DNA from: Acidobacteriota bacterium
GTDB taxonomy: Bacteria > Bacteroidota > Ignavibacteria > UBA10030 > UBA8401
Assembly: GCA_050258555.1 (NCBI GenBank)
Contig: JBLMZA010000046.1
Span: 7,855 to 71,854, forward strand
Length of the DNA stretch: 64,000 nt
Reading direction: 5' to 3'
The notes under the pieces were generated by a model. That model was given only the letters and a program-made list of their open reading frames with translations, did no database searches and had not been told where the DNA came from. Shown piece by piece: positions 1 to 9,555 of this stretch. The translations under genes and the position numbers were made by a program. Within the stretch, counting starts at the first letter, position 1; every line of letters begins with the position of its first letter.

Positions 1-1038
1 GTTGAACGTGCGGTCGTAGCGCGCCAGTTCGTTCTGCGTAAGCGCCGTGTTGAAGTCGCCGAAGAGCGCATACGAACGGTTGCGTTCGATCTTCACGAAG
101 AACGGGTTGTTGGACTGCGCCGTGTAATCGACCGTGCTGTTGTCGCCGTAGATCGAATACAAGACGTCGGGATCGACCTCTTTGAAAAGCCGATCCTGAT
201 GCCGCGTATTGTCGTACGATGCCGTAAGAAGATAATTGCTCCAGATGGTGCCGCGTCCGTAGAACGCGAGGCGTCCGTCGGTATGGATGCCCTTGTTGAG
301 CAGATGCTCGTCCCTGAGCGCCGAAAGATCGCCCGATGTTTCGAGGCTCGTCGCCGAGCCGTCAGCCGAACCGACGAGCATGAGCGGCTCGACCGGCGTT
401 GAAAATTCGAGCGACGATTTCCGCTCGATGCTGTTCGCCGTCACCGAAAGGCCGTAGGTTCCGGCAGCGCGCGGCGATTTCAGATCGAATGTGACGCTCC
501 CGTCCTGCAGTTTCCTCTGGTATCCCGGCGTGAGCGGATCGGCATCCGCACCGCCGACCTGCAGGCTGTCCACGGCAAGCGTGACCATATATCCGTCGGG
601 AATGATCCTGCCCCACTTGTCGAAGACCACCGCCTTCACGGGGACGATCGACTTGCCGTCGGCAGACTGCAGATCCTGCGGAACGGTCACCGCGATGGAC
701 TCGGGCGCGCCGAACCGGTGCATGGACCGTTCGGCGGAATACTGCCGGCTGCCGAGCGTGACGACAACGCGGTATGTGACCGGACCTTCAGGGGTCTCCA
801 CGCCGAGGAATTCGAACACGCCGTCCGGCCGGACGTTGCCCGAGTCGGACGGCATGCCGTTCACATACAGCTTCACCGGAGAACCGGCCGGCGCCGTGCC
901 CGCAACAAACTGGTACTTGAAGTGGCTGACAAAGTTCTCCCTCGGCTCGCTGATGCGCACCTGCGCACCGGCGAACTGACAGAGCACCATCAGCCCTCCA
1001 AGTACCAGCGTTACATATTTTTTCGTTGCTGCGGACAT
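1..1038 (-). CDS. Secreted/outer-membrane protein with an N-terminal signal peptide, Ig-like (Big-type) domains and the start of a probable C-terminal beta-barrel. Partial: the 3' end lies beyond the window start.
   Basis: Reverse-strand translation from the ATG at 1036-1038 gives MSAATKKYVTLVLGGLMVLCQFAGAQ..., a signal peptide, followed by repeated beta-sandwich-like segments. It then reads ...YSIYGDNSTVDYTAQSNNPFFVKIERNRSYALFGDF, an alternating hydrophobic pattern typical of an outer-membrane barrel. It is not in the ORF track because it runs off the window. Confidence 0.45.
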   Translation of the reverse strand, partial: MSAATKKYVTLVLGGLMVLCQFAGAQVRISEPRENFVSHFKYQFVAGTAPAGSPVKLYVNGMPSDSGNVRPDGVFEFLGVETPEGPVTYRVVVTLGSRQYSAERSMHRFGAPESIAVTVPQDLQSADGKSIVPVKAVVFDKWGRIIPDGYMVTLAVDSLQVGGADADPLTPGYQRKLQDGSVTFDLKSPRAAGTYGLSVTANSIERKSSLEFSTPVEPLMLVGSADGSATSLETSGDLSALRDEHLLNKGIHTDGRLAFYGRGTIWSNYLLTASYDNTRHQDRLFKEVDPDVLYSIYGDNSTVDYTAQSNNPFFVKIERNRSYALFGDFNTALTQNELARYDRTFN

Positions 1039-1081
1039 TCAGTCACGTTCCGTGATTTTTTTTACTTCAGGTGCTTCTCTG

Positions 1082-2890
1082 TTACTGCACGAGCGTTTTG
1101 TAGCGGTACTTCACCGTGCTGCCCGAAGGGATCGATGTGAACGTCACCGTGACAATGCCGCTGCTGACGGTGATCGTGCCGCCGGTGAACGAGCCGCCGT
1201 TATCCTTGCCTGTTACCGTCCAGCTGTTGTCGCCCGCGGGATCGACATCGATGCTCGAAGCGACAAATGTGTTCGAACCTGTATGCGCAAATCCCAGATT
1301 CGACGAACTGATGGATGTCGCATTGCCCGTGCCCGCATTCTGAATCGTCACCGTCCACTGGACCACGTCGCCGGGAGCCGGATTCGCCGGCGTGCCGACG
1401 CCGCTTGCAATCGTGTTTGCCAGCGAGACATTCAGGACGGGTGCCTTCACCGTCGTCACCAGCGGCGCGGTATATGCGGCTGATGTCGATCCTCCGACAG
1501 GAGCATCAGGTGTGGCTGTGGCGGTCGTGACCGTGATGTTGCGCTGGATCTTCTGTCCGTCGGTTGCCGAAGCCGGCACCGTGAGGCGCACGAACAGATC
1601 CTGCGTTGCGCCGGCATTGACCGCTGTCGTCACCGTCACGGCTGTTCCGGCGGCCGTCATGGCGAAGACATGGGCGACATCGAGGTCACCGAGATTCCGG
1701 GCATCCGCAAGCGAATAGGTATCCTGATGGTTGCCCGTGTTTTTGATCGTGAATTTATACTCCACCACATCTCCTGGATTTCCCGAATTGTTCACAGGGG
1801 TTGCCGTCCAGGTCAGACCCGAGGCTTTGCCGACGGTGAAATTCAGCGTTCCGCCGGCGGCGTTATACCATTTCGTGTTCGATGCTTCCTGGAGATATTT
1901 GAGATATACGCGCGCGCTGTTGGCCGGATCGTTCATGTAGATCGAGGTGCCCTCGGTCACGCCGGTGTTGGAATTCTGCGTCTGATCGATGGTATATGTC
2001 ACATCGAACGTCACGGGAGAGGCCATCGATGCCGGAAGCTGTGCGGCGGTCAGCGTGAAGACCTTCCATCCCGATGAATCCGCCGCGGCGCTGCCGGTCG
2101 TCGATGCATACGTCATCAGCGAAGAATTGTACTGCCAATACACCTGGGAGGCGGCCGTGGGTGCAACGCTTCCGGTGTTTTGGGCGCTCACACGGTATGT
2201 GATCTGCTTTCCCGGAATGCGCGCCGCGTTGGCCGTCGTGTTCGTCACCTGCGTCACGCTGAAAGCGATGACCGGCTTCTTGACGGTGTATGTGTATGTG
2301 TATGTGAACGCGGCGTTCTTGTTCACCACCACCGTATCCGTTCCGGCATCGGCCGCCTGCGAGGTCATCGTGACCGTGATGCCGCAGGCGTCGTTATCCG
2401 GTGTTTCGGATGCGACCTGTATGCGAAGGAGCATCTTCCGCGCCGCATCGGCGGCCATGCCGCCTGTGTTCGTGATGACAACCTCGCCGGCATCAAAGCT
2501 GCCGTTTCCATTGGCATCGTTCATCACATCGACGGTATACTTGGCCGTATTGCTTCCGGACTTCGAGACCGCGATGGCGAACTGGTCCCAGCGGTTGCCG
2601 TTCTGCGTGAATGTGAGCGGCACATAGATTGTTTTGTCATCGACGCCGTTGCTGGAGCCTGAAGAAGGACTGAAGGACGCCGTGACCTTGTGGCCGATGT
2701 GCAGCGTGACCGTAGCGGACGTCGCCGTGCGCGGATTCGATCCCGCATTGAAATTCACGGTCGCCTTGTTTGTGATGGCGGTTCCGGCCGTCGTTCCATT
2801 GGCATACAGAGACGGTCCGGCTGAACACCAGAGAAGCGCCGCGAGTACCGCACTCAATCGGAGCCCCGACCATGTAGTAAATCGTTTCAT
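1082..2890 (-). CDS. DUF11 (conserved repeat domain, TIGR01451-type) surface protein, paralog 1. It is Thr/Ser-rich, has a signal peptide and lacks a T9SS CTD.
   Basis: The N-terminal signal peptide is MKRFTTWSGLRLSAVLAALLWCSAG. It carries repeated DUF11 signatures such as GKQITYRVSAQNTGSVAPTAASQV, GDVVEYKFTIKNTGNHQDTYSLAD and GDVVQWTVTIQNAGTGNATSISSSNLG. It contains a (TY)3 stretch. Confidence 0.75.
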   Translation of the reverse strand: MKRFTTWSGLRLSAVLAALLWCSAGPSLYANGTTAGTAITNKATVNFNAGSNPRTATSATVTLHIGHKVTASFSPSSGSSNGVDDKTIYVPLTFTQNGNRWDQFAIAVSKSGSNTAKYTVDVMNDANGNGSFDAGEVVITNTGGMAADAARKMLLRIQVASETPDNDACGITVTMTSQAADAGTDTVVVNKNAAFTYTYTYTVKKPVIAFSVTQVTNTTANAARIPGKQITYRVSAQNTGSVAPTAASQVYWQYNSSLMTYASTTGSAAADSSGWKVFTLTAAQLPASMASPVTFDVTYTIDQTQNSNTGVTEGTSIYMNDPANSARVYLKYLQEASNTKWYNAAGGTLNFTVGKASGLTWTATPVNNSGNPGDVVEYKFTIKNTGNHQDTYSLADARNLGDLDVAHVFAMTAAGTAVTVTTAVNAGATQDLFVRLTVPASATDGQKIQRNITVTTATATPDAPVGGSTSAAYTAPLVTTVKAPVLNVSLANTIASGVGTPANPAPGDVVQWTVTIQNAGTGNATSISSSNLGFAHTGSNTFVASSIDVDPAGDNSWTVTGKDNGGSFTGGTITVSSGIVTVTFTSIPSGSTVKYRYKTLVQ

Positions 2891-2938
2891 TTTGATTGGA
2901 TCCTTTTAGTGAATGGATAGTCATTGATGCATCTTGCA

Positions 2939-2967
2939 GGCCGGGAGGGTATCACTCCCTCCTGGCC
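2939..2967. other. GC-rich intercistronic stem-loop between the two DUF11 paralogs, with no T-tract after it.
   Basis: GGCCGGGAGGGT-atca-CTCCCTCCTGGCC forms a stem of about 12 bp with one wobble or mismatch and a 5 nt loop. It sits in the 88 nt gap between the stop codon at 2979 and the start codon at 2890. Confidence 0.3.
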
Positions 2968-2978
2968 CGATGATCGCG

Positions 2979-4709
2979 CTACTTCGTCAGCGTGATCACG
3001 TATTTGTATCTCACAATGCCGTCTTTCGGAATCGGCGGGAATGTCACTTTCACCGTTCCGCTAGAGTTGACAACCGAGCCGGCGCCGCCGGCGCCAAATG
3101 TCGCGCCGTCCGCCTGATCGGTGATCTCATAGGTGCCGTTGCCGTCGGCATCGATATCCACCTTGCCCATCTGTATGTCGCCGACCGGGAAAGGAGAAGT
3201 ATTCTGCGATGACACGGACAGGGCGGGTCTCGAGCCGTTGTTCGTAATCGTCACTTCGTATTGGATTCTCTGGCCCGGATCAGGATTGGCAAGCTTGGCG
3301 CCGTCATCGAGGTTCGTGCCCACGAGCGTGATGCTCAGGAGCGCGCCGCTGACGGTGGTAGTCAGATTGCTCAGTACGGGTGAAGGACTGCCTACCGGCG
3401 TTGCGCCGCCGGTCGACTTGCGCGTCACGGTGATCGTCTGCACGCTGACTTTTTTGTCGATCGCCCCTTCAGGAGCGGTGACTGTGAACACGATATCCTT
3501 CACGGCTCCCGGTTCCACGGTGGCGACGTCATTTTCGTCAAACGAATACGTTGCGCCGGTCAGATTGTCGCCGGTGCCGTCGGCATTGGCGATGGTAAAG
3601 CCGTCTGCCACGTTGCCCCAGTTTTTCACTTTCAGCGTGTATGATTTCGATGCACCCGGTTCGACCGTGTAATCGGTCGTCGCCGGATCGACCGCGATCG
3701 AGAATCCCTTCACGGTAATGACCGTAAACGATTTCGGCGCGTCATACGTCCATGTGCGTGAGCCGTTGCCGTCGCTGTAGACGACTTTCGACGCTGCATC
3801 GCCGACCGTGTATGTTCCCGCTGCAAGTGTCGGGCTGATCGTCGTTGTGAACGTCAGTGTCGAGCTCCCTCCGGCGGCAATCGATGCGATCGAGAACTTG
3901 GCGAGTCCCGCATCGGCTGCGGGCGTGACGGATGAGAACAGCGAACTGACATACGCCCAGTCGACGTTCAGCGACGTCGCGGCGGCGCTTCCCGTGTTGT
4001 TCACGACGATCGAATACGTGAGCGCATCGCCGGGCTTCATGCTCGAAGGATCGGCGGGCGTCGATGTCACGTTCACCGAGATCAACGGCTTTGAAATGGG
4101 AACTGTGGCTGTGAATGCATCGGATGCACCATGTTCATTCACGATATTATAAGGGACATCCGCATCGTTCATCTGGGATGTCGCCTTTACGAGAATCGTG
4201 TACGATGTTCCGTCCACGGTCGTCGTATTGTCGACGTCGAACGGGATCGTGACGCGGGCCTTCAGGCTGATGCTGCTTCCGCTGGCAAGGTTCACGGTCG
4301 AGGCAGCACTGCCGTCCGAGGCTTTCACGAAGGCAACACTCCAGCCGAGTGTTCCGCCGGTGGGACGCGTACCGCCCGTGACCGACAATGCAAAGTCATC
4401 CGTCGCGTTGCCCTGGTTCGTCACGGTGAAGGGAATTTCGATCGTCGTGCCGTCTGTTGTCGCCGAGGCGGCCAGCGCGGAGGTGATGTCGATCGCGACC
4501 TTATAGGCCACCGTGATGACCACGGGATCCGACGAGATCGACCGTGTATCCGATGTGGACGCCGCTTTATAATCGACCTTGGCGACGGTCGTGATTGTGG
4601 TCCCAGCCGGCGTACCGATCGCATACGCGGCATTGCCCGCAATCATCAGCATCATCATACCGGTAACCGCCGGGATGATGATGGTGGAGAACAAATTCCT
4701 GCGTTTCAT
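2979..4709 (-). CDS. DUF11 repeat surface protein, paralog 2. The start is placed at the internal Met that begins a signal peptide.
   Basis: MKRRNLFSTIIIPAVTGMMMLMIAGNAAYA is a signal peptide. DUF11 signatures include GDALTYSIVVNNTGSAAATSLNVDWAY, GASKSYTLKVKNWGNVADGFTIANAD and GQRIQYEVTITNNGSRPALSVSS. Its N-terminus (GTPAGTTIT..AKVDY) and its C-terminal ~55 aa (..VKVTFPPIPKDGIVRYKYVITLTK) are homologous to those of paralog 1. Confidence 0.75.
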   Translation of the reverse strand: MKRRNLFSTIIIPAVTGMMMLMIAGNAAYAIGTPAGTTITTVAKVDYKAASTSDTRSISSDPVVITVAYKVAIDITSALAASATTDGTTIEIPFTVTNQGNATDDFALSVTGGTRPTGGTLGWSVAFVKASDGSAASTVNLASGSSISLKARVTIPFDVDNTTTVDGTSYTILVKATSQMNDADVPYNIVNEHGASDAFTATVPISKPLISVNVTSTPADPSSMKPGDALTYSIVVNNTGSAAATSLNVDWAYVSSLFSSVTPAADAGLAKFSIASIAAGGSSTLTFTTTISPTLAAGTYTVGDAASKVVYSDGNGSRTWTYDAPKSFTVITVKGFSIAVDPATTDYTVEPGASKSYTLKVKNWGNVADGFTIANADGTGDNLTGATYSFDENDVATVEPGAVKDIVFTVTAPEGAIDKKVSVQTITVTRKSTGGATPVGSPSPVLSNLTTTVSGALLSITLVGTNLDDGAKLANPDPGQRIQYEVTITNNGSRPALSVSSQNTSPFPVGDIQMGKVDIDADGNGTYEITDQADGATFGAGGAGSVVNSSGTVKVTFPPIPKDGIVRYKYVITLTK

Positions 4710-5296
4710 CTGTAACTCCTGTTTTGAATTTGTTGTGTTGGGTGGTGTGAGTGATTGTTTGTTCATTCGTGTTTCTGCTTCAAACTTCTATTGCCGCATC
4801 GAAAGCGGTCTCCGCTTGTCATGGTGATTTGTTGTTCACGATATCCTCCTGATGAGTGGTTGTGTCATGTCATTAGTCAGTGAATATTTTTTTTTCAGTT
4901 TATCGCTAATATTTTTTCAACTTGTGCCGATACTCTTGTTGCGATGGATCTCGGACGGACGCAGTTCACCGGTGCATCGGGATCACCTACTCGATGTGCT
5001 TACACTTCACCCGCACGTTGAGGATTCTCTCACCAGGAGGCAAGCATCGATGATGTAATGATTGGGGGGCTTTCAGTTTTAAGGCATGCTGTAGTCAGAC
5101 GTTATCTGTATACATAAAAGGAACTTCTGCCAGAAGGCCGCGAATTAATTGTAAATACACCCAGTACACCAAGTGCAAAAATACGATTCCGTTCTTCGGG
5201 AATCAACATCTTTTTCAGTTTTACTTACAAATATAGGTAACATTATTGTTCTGATGTTGTGACACAGGTTACAATCCCAAAATATTTGTTTTTAAA

Positions 5297-5333
5297 CGAA
5301 AAAGGGCGGAAAAGCCCTCCGGCTCCTCCGCCC
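5297..5333 (-). terminator. Rho-independent terminator of the T9SS cargo gene.
   Basis: On the minus strand GGGCGGA...TCCGCCC is followed by TTTTTCG. It lies about 50 nt downstream of the stop codon at 5385. Confidence 0.55.
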
Positions 5334-5384
5334 TTCCACTGCTTTACCGCCCTCTAAAACTGATTTCCCTTCCGACGAGTTCCC

Positions 5385-7229
5385 CTACTTGACAAACTGC
5401 ATCCGCTTTACCTCCGTTCTGCCTCCGGACCTGAGCGCATAGAAGTACAATCCCGAGGGAATATCCTTCGCATCGAAGACCACCGAATGCATCATGCCCG
5501 CTTCGGCGACGCCGTCGAAGAGCGTCCGCACGTTCTGTCCGAGCGTGTTGTAGACATCGAGCACCGCCCGGCCCGTCTTCGCCACGGCGAATCGGATCGT
5601 CGTCGAGGGATTGAAGGGATTGGGATAATTCTGCGTCAGTTCATACGCCGAGAATGCGAGACCGGCCGCTTCGACTTCCCCGCTGTATTCGATGCGTCCA
5701 TCCCTGTCGATTTGCTTCAGACGATACGCCGTGATTCCGGCCGCGCCGCGATCGGCATACACATACGACTGCGGTGCATTCGTGGTGCCGGCGCCCGGCA
5801 CAAACCCGATTTTGTGCCATTGCCGCGTAGTCCCCTTTCCGACTGAACTTCGTTCGATCTCGAAACCGTAATTGTTCTTTTCCGATGCCGTCTTCCAGCG
5901 AAGCACGATCGTGCCGTTGGCGGATGCGGCGGAAAACGAAACAAGCTCGACAGGAAGCGGATCAGCAGGCGCCATGGCGATGTAGAACGTCTGCGCAAGA
6001 TCCGTTTCGCTGAGTTCCGAACGGTTCAGCACCGTATCGCTGCCGACTACGGCAAAGGGTGCGGGCGTTCCAGGAGCCGCGCCCGCCTCGAGGCCGAGCG
6101 TAAGATTGGCCGGCGGAAAAGCCGCCGCGTCCAGCCCCGATGCCTGTATGCGCAGATCGGTCAGCCCGGCATACCCGGATCCGGGAGTGATCGTCCAATT
6201 CATGGCATGCCGCTGAGTGTAGCTGAGCGCATTCTCGGTAAATGGAGAGGCAAACACCGTGGTCCCGGAGCCATCGGCATGCGTCATCGTGATCGTTCCC
6301 GATCCCGCATGCGATTTGGCGATCCATACTTTCCGGGGCATCCGCACGCCTCCCGGCAGCGGCCCCGCCGCCGCTCCCATCGGAAAATATCCCGCAAGGT
6401 CGCCGATCGAAACCGGATCGGCCCCGATCCATCTCGTCAATGTCCCGATCACAAGGCCCGGGGGCGTCGAGGCAACGCCCGTCACCCGAAACGCTCCCGG
6501 AGATGCGGCGGAGGTCCCCACCGTCAGCGTGTTGCCGCCTGTCAGAATCGTCCCGCCTTCCATCTCGAGAATGTTGACGACGAGCGACTGCGCCAGCGTG
6601 ATGACGGCCGTAGACTTCAACCGGAAATAATCCAGCGCGATCGGCGATGCCGTGCCTCCGATGGTCGAAATGCCGTCGAAGACGATGCGCGTGGTCGGTG
6701 TCGTCGCAAGCGTCGCGCCGGCATTGACGGTCAGGTCGCCGGCGATATTGAAAAATTCCGCATCCACGTTCAGCGTCCCGTCGATGACGATGTTGTGGAT
6801 GCCGAATGACTGCCCTGGTCCGACAAGCGCGGAAATGACGTGCCCCGCATTGATCGTGATATCGTCTGCCAGCGTCGGAAGGCTTTCCGTCGTGAAGGCG
6901 AGATCCGTATATGTGTCGGCCGCCGGAGCAGCCAGCAAGAGTTCCGTATCATTGAGCACCGAAGCAATCGCCCCCAGCACCGTCAGGCCGTCATCGCTCG
7001 TGATATTGGCATACCCCGGCGCGGGCAGAAAGAGCTTCGTGAATTCAGTGCCCGTCCCCGTGACGAGGGCCGATCCCTGTGTGATCGTGATGGTGCCGGC
7101 ATGTACCGCTCTCCAGACCGAAAGAGAAACTGCGCTTCCCGATGCCTTCGTGTAAAATGCATCGGCATGCGCCGCGTGCGGAAGCAGCGCGAAGCACAGC
7201 ACGGCGATTGCTGCAGTGGCAAGTTTCAT
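5385..7229 (-). CDS. Large secreted protein with a beta-helix-like N-terminal region, an FN3-like module and a T9SS (Por secretion) C-terminal sorting domain.
   Basis: The C-terminus reads ELTQNYPNPFNPSTTIRFAVAKTGRAVLDVYNTLGQNVRTLF...GLYFYALRSGGRTEVKRMQFVK, a canonical T9SS type-A CTD motif (YPNPFNPxTTI). PVELVSFSAASANGTIVLRWKTASEKNNYGFEIERS is an FN3-like module. The signal peptide MKLATAAIAVLCFALLPHAAHA starts at 7229. The track's M at 7286 is a GTG codon. Confidence 0.8.
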   Translation of the reverse strand: MKLATAAIAVLCFALLPHAAHADAFYTKASGSAVSLSVWRAVHAGTITITQGSALVTGTGTEFTKLFLPAPGYANITSDDGLTVLGAIASVLNDTELLLAAPAADTYTDLAFTTESLPTLADDITINAGHVISALVGPGQSFGIHNIVIDGTLNVDAEFFNIAGDLTVNAGATLATTPTTRIVFDGISTIGGTASPIALDYFRLKSTAVITLAQSLVVNILEMEGGTILTGGNTLTVGTSAASPGAFRVTGVASTPPGLVIGTLTRWIGADPVSIGDLAGYFPMGAAAGPLPGGVRMPRKVWIAKSHAGSGTITMTHADGSGTTVFASPFTENALSYTQRHAMNWTITPGSGYAGLTDLRIQASGLDAAAFPPANLTLGLEAGAAPGTPAPFAVVGSDTVLNRSELSETDLAQTFYIAMAPADPLPVELVSFSAASANGTIVLRWKTASEKNNYGFEIERSSVGKGTTRQWHKIGFVPGAGTTNAPQSYVYADRGAAGITAYRLKQIDRDGRIEYSGEVEAAGLAFSAYELTQNYPNPFNPSTTIRFAVAKTGRAVLDVYNTLGQNVRTLFDGVAEAGMMHSVVFDAKDIPSGLYFYALRSGGRTEVKRMQFVK

Positions 7230-7356
7230 TGATCTCTCCATGAATGAACGCTCCAGATTGATGTGATTCTCCCCGCACGGTGTCACCCTCTCCCTGTGAA
7301 TATGTTTTCCCTGTTTCCTTGTGGGGAAATATCACAAAAGAGGCTTCATGATGAAA

Positions 7357-7392
7357 GTTAGAATGTTCTAATCCATGATTAGAATGTTCTAA
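7357..7392. promoter_or_regulatory. Two copies of the 15 bp palindromic operator TTAGAATGTTCTAAT, spaced 21 bp start-to-start, upstream of the T9SS cargo gene.
   Basis: The element is at 7357-7371 and at 7378-7392. The arms are TTAGAA / TTCTAA (6-2-6). Both copies lie about 130-165 nt upstream of the ATG at 7229. Confidence 0.5.
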
Positions 7393-7414
7393 TGCCAGGA
7401 AGGAATGGACGGGA

Positions 7415-8575
7415 TCAGGATGCGGCGAACTCGGCAGGAAGCGATTCGGAGAGTCCGAAGTAGTGAAGGATGATCTGGACGATGCGCGCCGATGCGCATC
7501 CGTCGCCGTACGGATTCACGCCTGTTGACATGGCGCGGTAGGCGTCGCCGCTATCGAGCAGTTCGCGGGCCGCCGAGACGATCGCCGCTTCATCGAGGCC
7601 GACGAGTCTCACGCATCCGGCGGCGACCGCTTCGGGACGCTCGGTCACCGTGCGCAGCACGAGCACCGGCTTGCCGAGCGACGGGGCTTCTTCCTGGATG
7701 CCGCCCGAATCCGTGATGATGAAGAACGACGCTGCCATCAGGTTCACAAAGTCGGCATAGGCGAGCGGTTCACACAGCAGAATATTCTTGACGCCGTTCA
7801 GCTCAAGTCGCAGCAGCGAACGGACTTCCGGATTTCGATGCATGGGCAGCACGAATGCCGTTTCGGGAGATTCGAGCGCAAGCCGCCGCAGCGCGCAGGC
7901 GGCGGCACGCATGGGCGCTCCCCAGTTTTCCCGGCGGTGCATGGTCGCCAGGATGATCTTTTTTCCGGAGCGGACGAGCGGCCGGAGCCTCGGCTCGCTG
8001 AACCGGTAGGCCGGACGGACCGTCGCCCTGAGCGCATCGATGACCGTATTGCCGGTGATGAAGATCTTCTTCGCATCGACGCCTTCGCGCACGAGCGCCG
8101 TGCGCGCCGTCTGTGTGGGCGCAAAATGCAGCGCCGCAATCGAGGAGGTTAGGCGCCGGTTCATCTCTTCCGGAAACGGATTCCCTACATCGTCGGTGCG
8201 CAGCCCGGCTTCGATGTGTCCGACCGGAATGCGCCGATAGAAGGCCGCCAGTGCCGCGGTGAACGTCGTCGTCGTGTCGCCCTGCACCAGCACCATATCC
8301 GGCTCCACGGCGCTCAGAAGCGCATCGAGCGGACGAAGCGCCCGCGCGGTGATCTGGGCGAGCGACTGGCGCGTGCGCATGATGTTCAGATCATAGCGGG
8401 GACGTATGCCGAAGCTCTTCAGCACCTGGTCGAGCATTTCACGATGCTGCGCCGTCGCGATGGGAACGACCGAAAAGGCATTGCGCTCGCGGGCGAGCGC
8501 TTTCAGGACGGGCGCGCTTTTGATCGCATCGGGACGTGTTCCGAAGACGACCGCAATGGTCTTTTTTCGTTTCAT
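7415..8575 (-). CDS. wecB: UDP-N-acetylglucosamine 2-epimerase (non-hydrolysing).
   Basis: MKRKKTIAVVFGTRPDAIKSAPV... and the full length match the WecB/MnaA fold. Motifs include HVEAGLRT, GNTVIDAL and ITDSGGIQEEAPSLGKPVLVLR. Confidence 0.85.
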   Translation of the reverse strand: MKRKKTIAVVFGTRPDAIKSAPVLKALARERNAFSVVPIATAQHREMLDQVLKSFGIRPRYDLNIMRTRQSLAQITARALRPLDALLSAVEPDMVLVQGDTTTTFTAALAAFYRRIPVGHIEAGLRTDDVGNPFPEEMNRRLTSSIAALHFAPTQTARTALVREGVDAKKIFITGNTVIDALRATVRPAYRFSEPRLRPLVRSGKKIILATMHRRENWGAPMRAAACALRRLALESPETAFVLPMHRNPEVRSLLRLELNGVKNILLCEPLAYADFVNLMAASFFIITDSGGIQEEAPSLGKPVLVLRTVTERPEAVAAGCVRLVGLDEAAIVSAARELLDSGDAYRAMSTGVNPYGDGCASARIVQIILHYFGLSESLPAEFAAS

Positions 8576-8716
8576 GAAAATGCTCTGTCTGGTGAGACGG
8601 AATGTGAACCGCGCTGTAATATATAAAAAATATCTTCAAAGTTGCGGTGATTTTTTTGTATATTTTATCCGTTCGAACATTCTCATCTACTTCCCCACGA
8701 ACATAACGGAGACACT

Positions 8717-9529
8717 ATGCGCGTCATCATACAACCGAATTATGAACTTGTGAGCAAATGGACCGCGGCCCACGTGGTACGGTCGATCAACGATTTCAAG
8801 CCGACGCCGCGCAAGCCCTACGTGCTCGGTCTGCCCACAGGCTCCTCCCCGCTCGGCACATACCAGGAGCTCATCCGGCTGCACAAGAAGGGCGTCGTGT
8901 CCTTCAAAAACGTGATCACATTCAACATGGATGAATACGTCGGACTGCCCGAGAAGCATCCCGAGAGCTACCATTCGTTCATGTGGAATAATTTCTTCCG
9001 ACACATCGACATCAGGAAGGAAAACGTCAACATCCTGAACGGCAACGCGAAGGACGTCGAGAAGGAATGCGCCCAGTATGAAGCGAAGATCAGGAAGGCC
9101 GGCGGCATACAGCTCTTCCTCGGCGGCATCGGCCCCGACGGCCACATCGCCTTCAACGAACCCGGCTCGTCGCTCTCCTCGCGCACGCGCGTCAAGACGC
9201 TGACCTACGACACGATCCTTGCCAATTCCCGCTTCTTCGACAACGATGTGACGAAGGTCCCGAAGACAGCGCTCACGGTCGGCGTGGCGACGATCCTCGA
9301 TGCGAAGGAAGTCCTGATCATCATTAACGGACATAAGAAGGCCCGCGCTCTTTCGCATGTGGTGGAAGACGGCGTGAACCATATGTGGACCGTCAGCGCG
9401 CTGCAATTGCATCCGAAGGGCATCATCGTGTGCGATGATGAAGCAACGGATGAGCTCAAAGTCGGAACCGTCCGTTATTTCAAGGACATCGAGTCGGCAA
9501 ATCTCGATCCCGAACGGCTGCTGGCGTAA
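8717..9529 (+). CDS. nagB: Glucosamine-6-phosphate deaminase.
   Basis: [15 protein letters not shown]..., [19 protein letters not shown] and [18 protein letters not shown] are canonical NagB motifs. Confidence 0.9.
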   Translation: MRVIIQPNYELVSKWTAAHVVRSINDFKPTPRKPYVLGLPTGSSPLGTYQELIRLHKKGVVSFKNVITFNMDEYVGLPEKHPESYHSFMWNNFFRHIDIRKENVNILNGNAKDVEKECAQYEAKIRKAGGIQLFLGGIGPDGHIAFNEPGSSLSSRTRVKTLTYDTILANSRFFDNDVTKVPKTALTVGVATILDAKEVLIIINGHKKARALSHVVEDGVNHMWTVSALQLHPKGIIVCDDEATDELKVGTVRYFKDIESANLDPERLLA

Positions 9530-9555
9530 CGCTCACAACGACGGGGATTTCGTCT

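Noticed and set aside
7229-7286. The upstream start at 7286 given by the ORF track for the T9SS cargo gene.
   Set aside because: The codon at 7286 is GTG and the extension has no signal-peptide character. A textbook signal peptide begins at the ATG at 7229.
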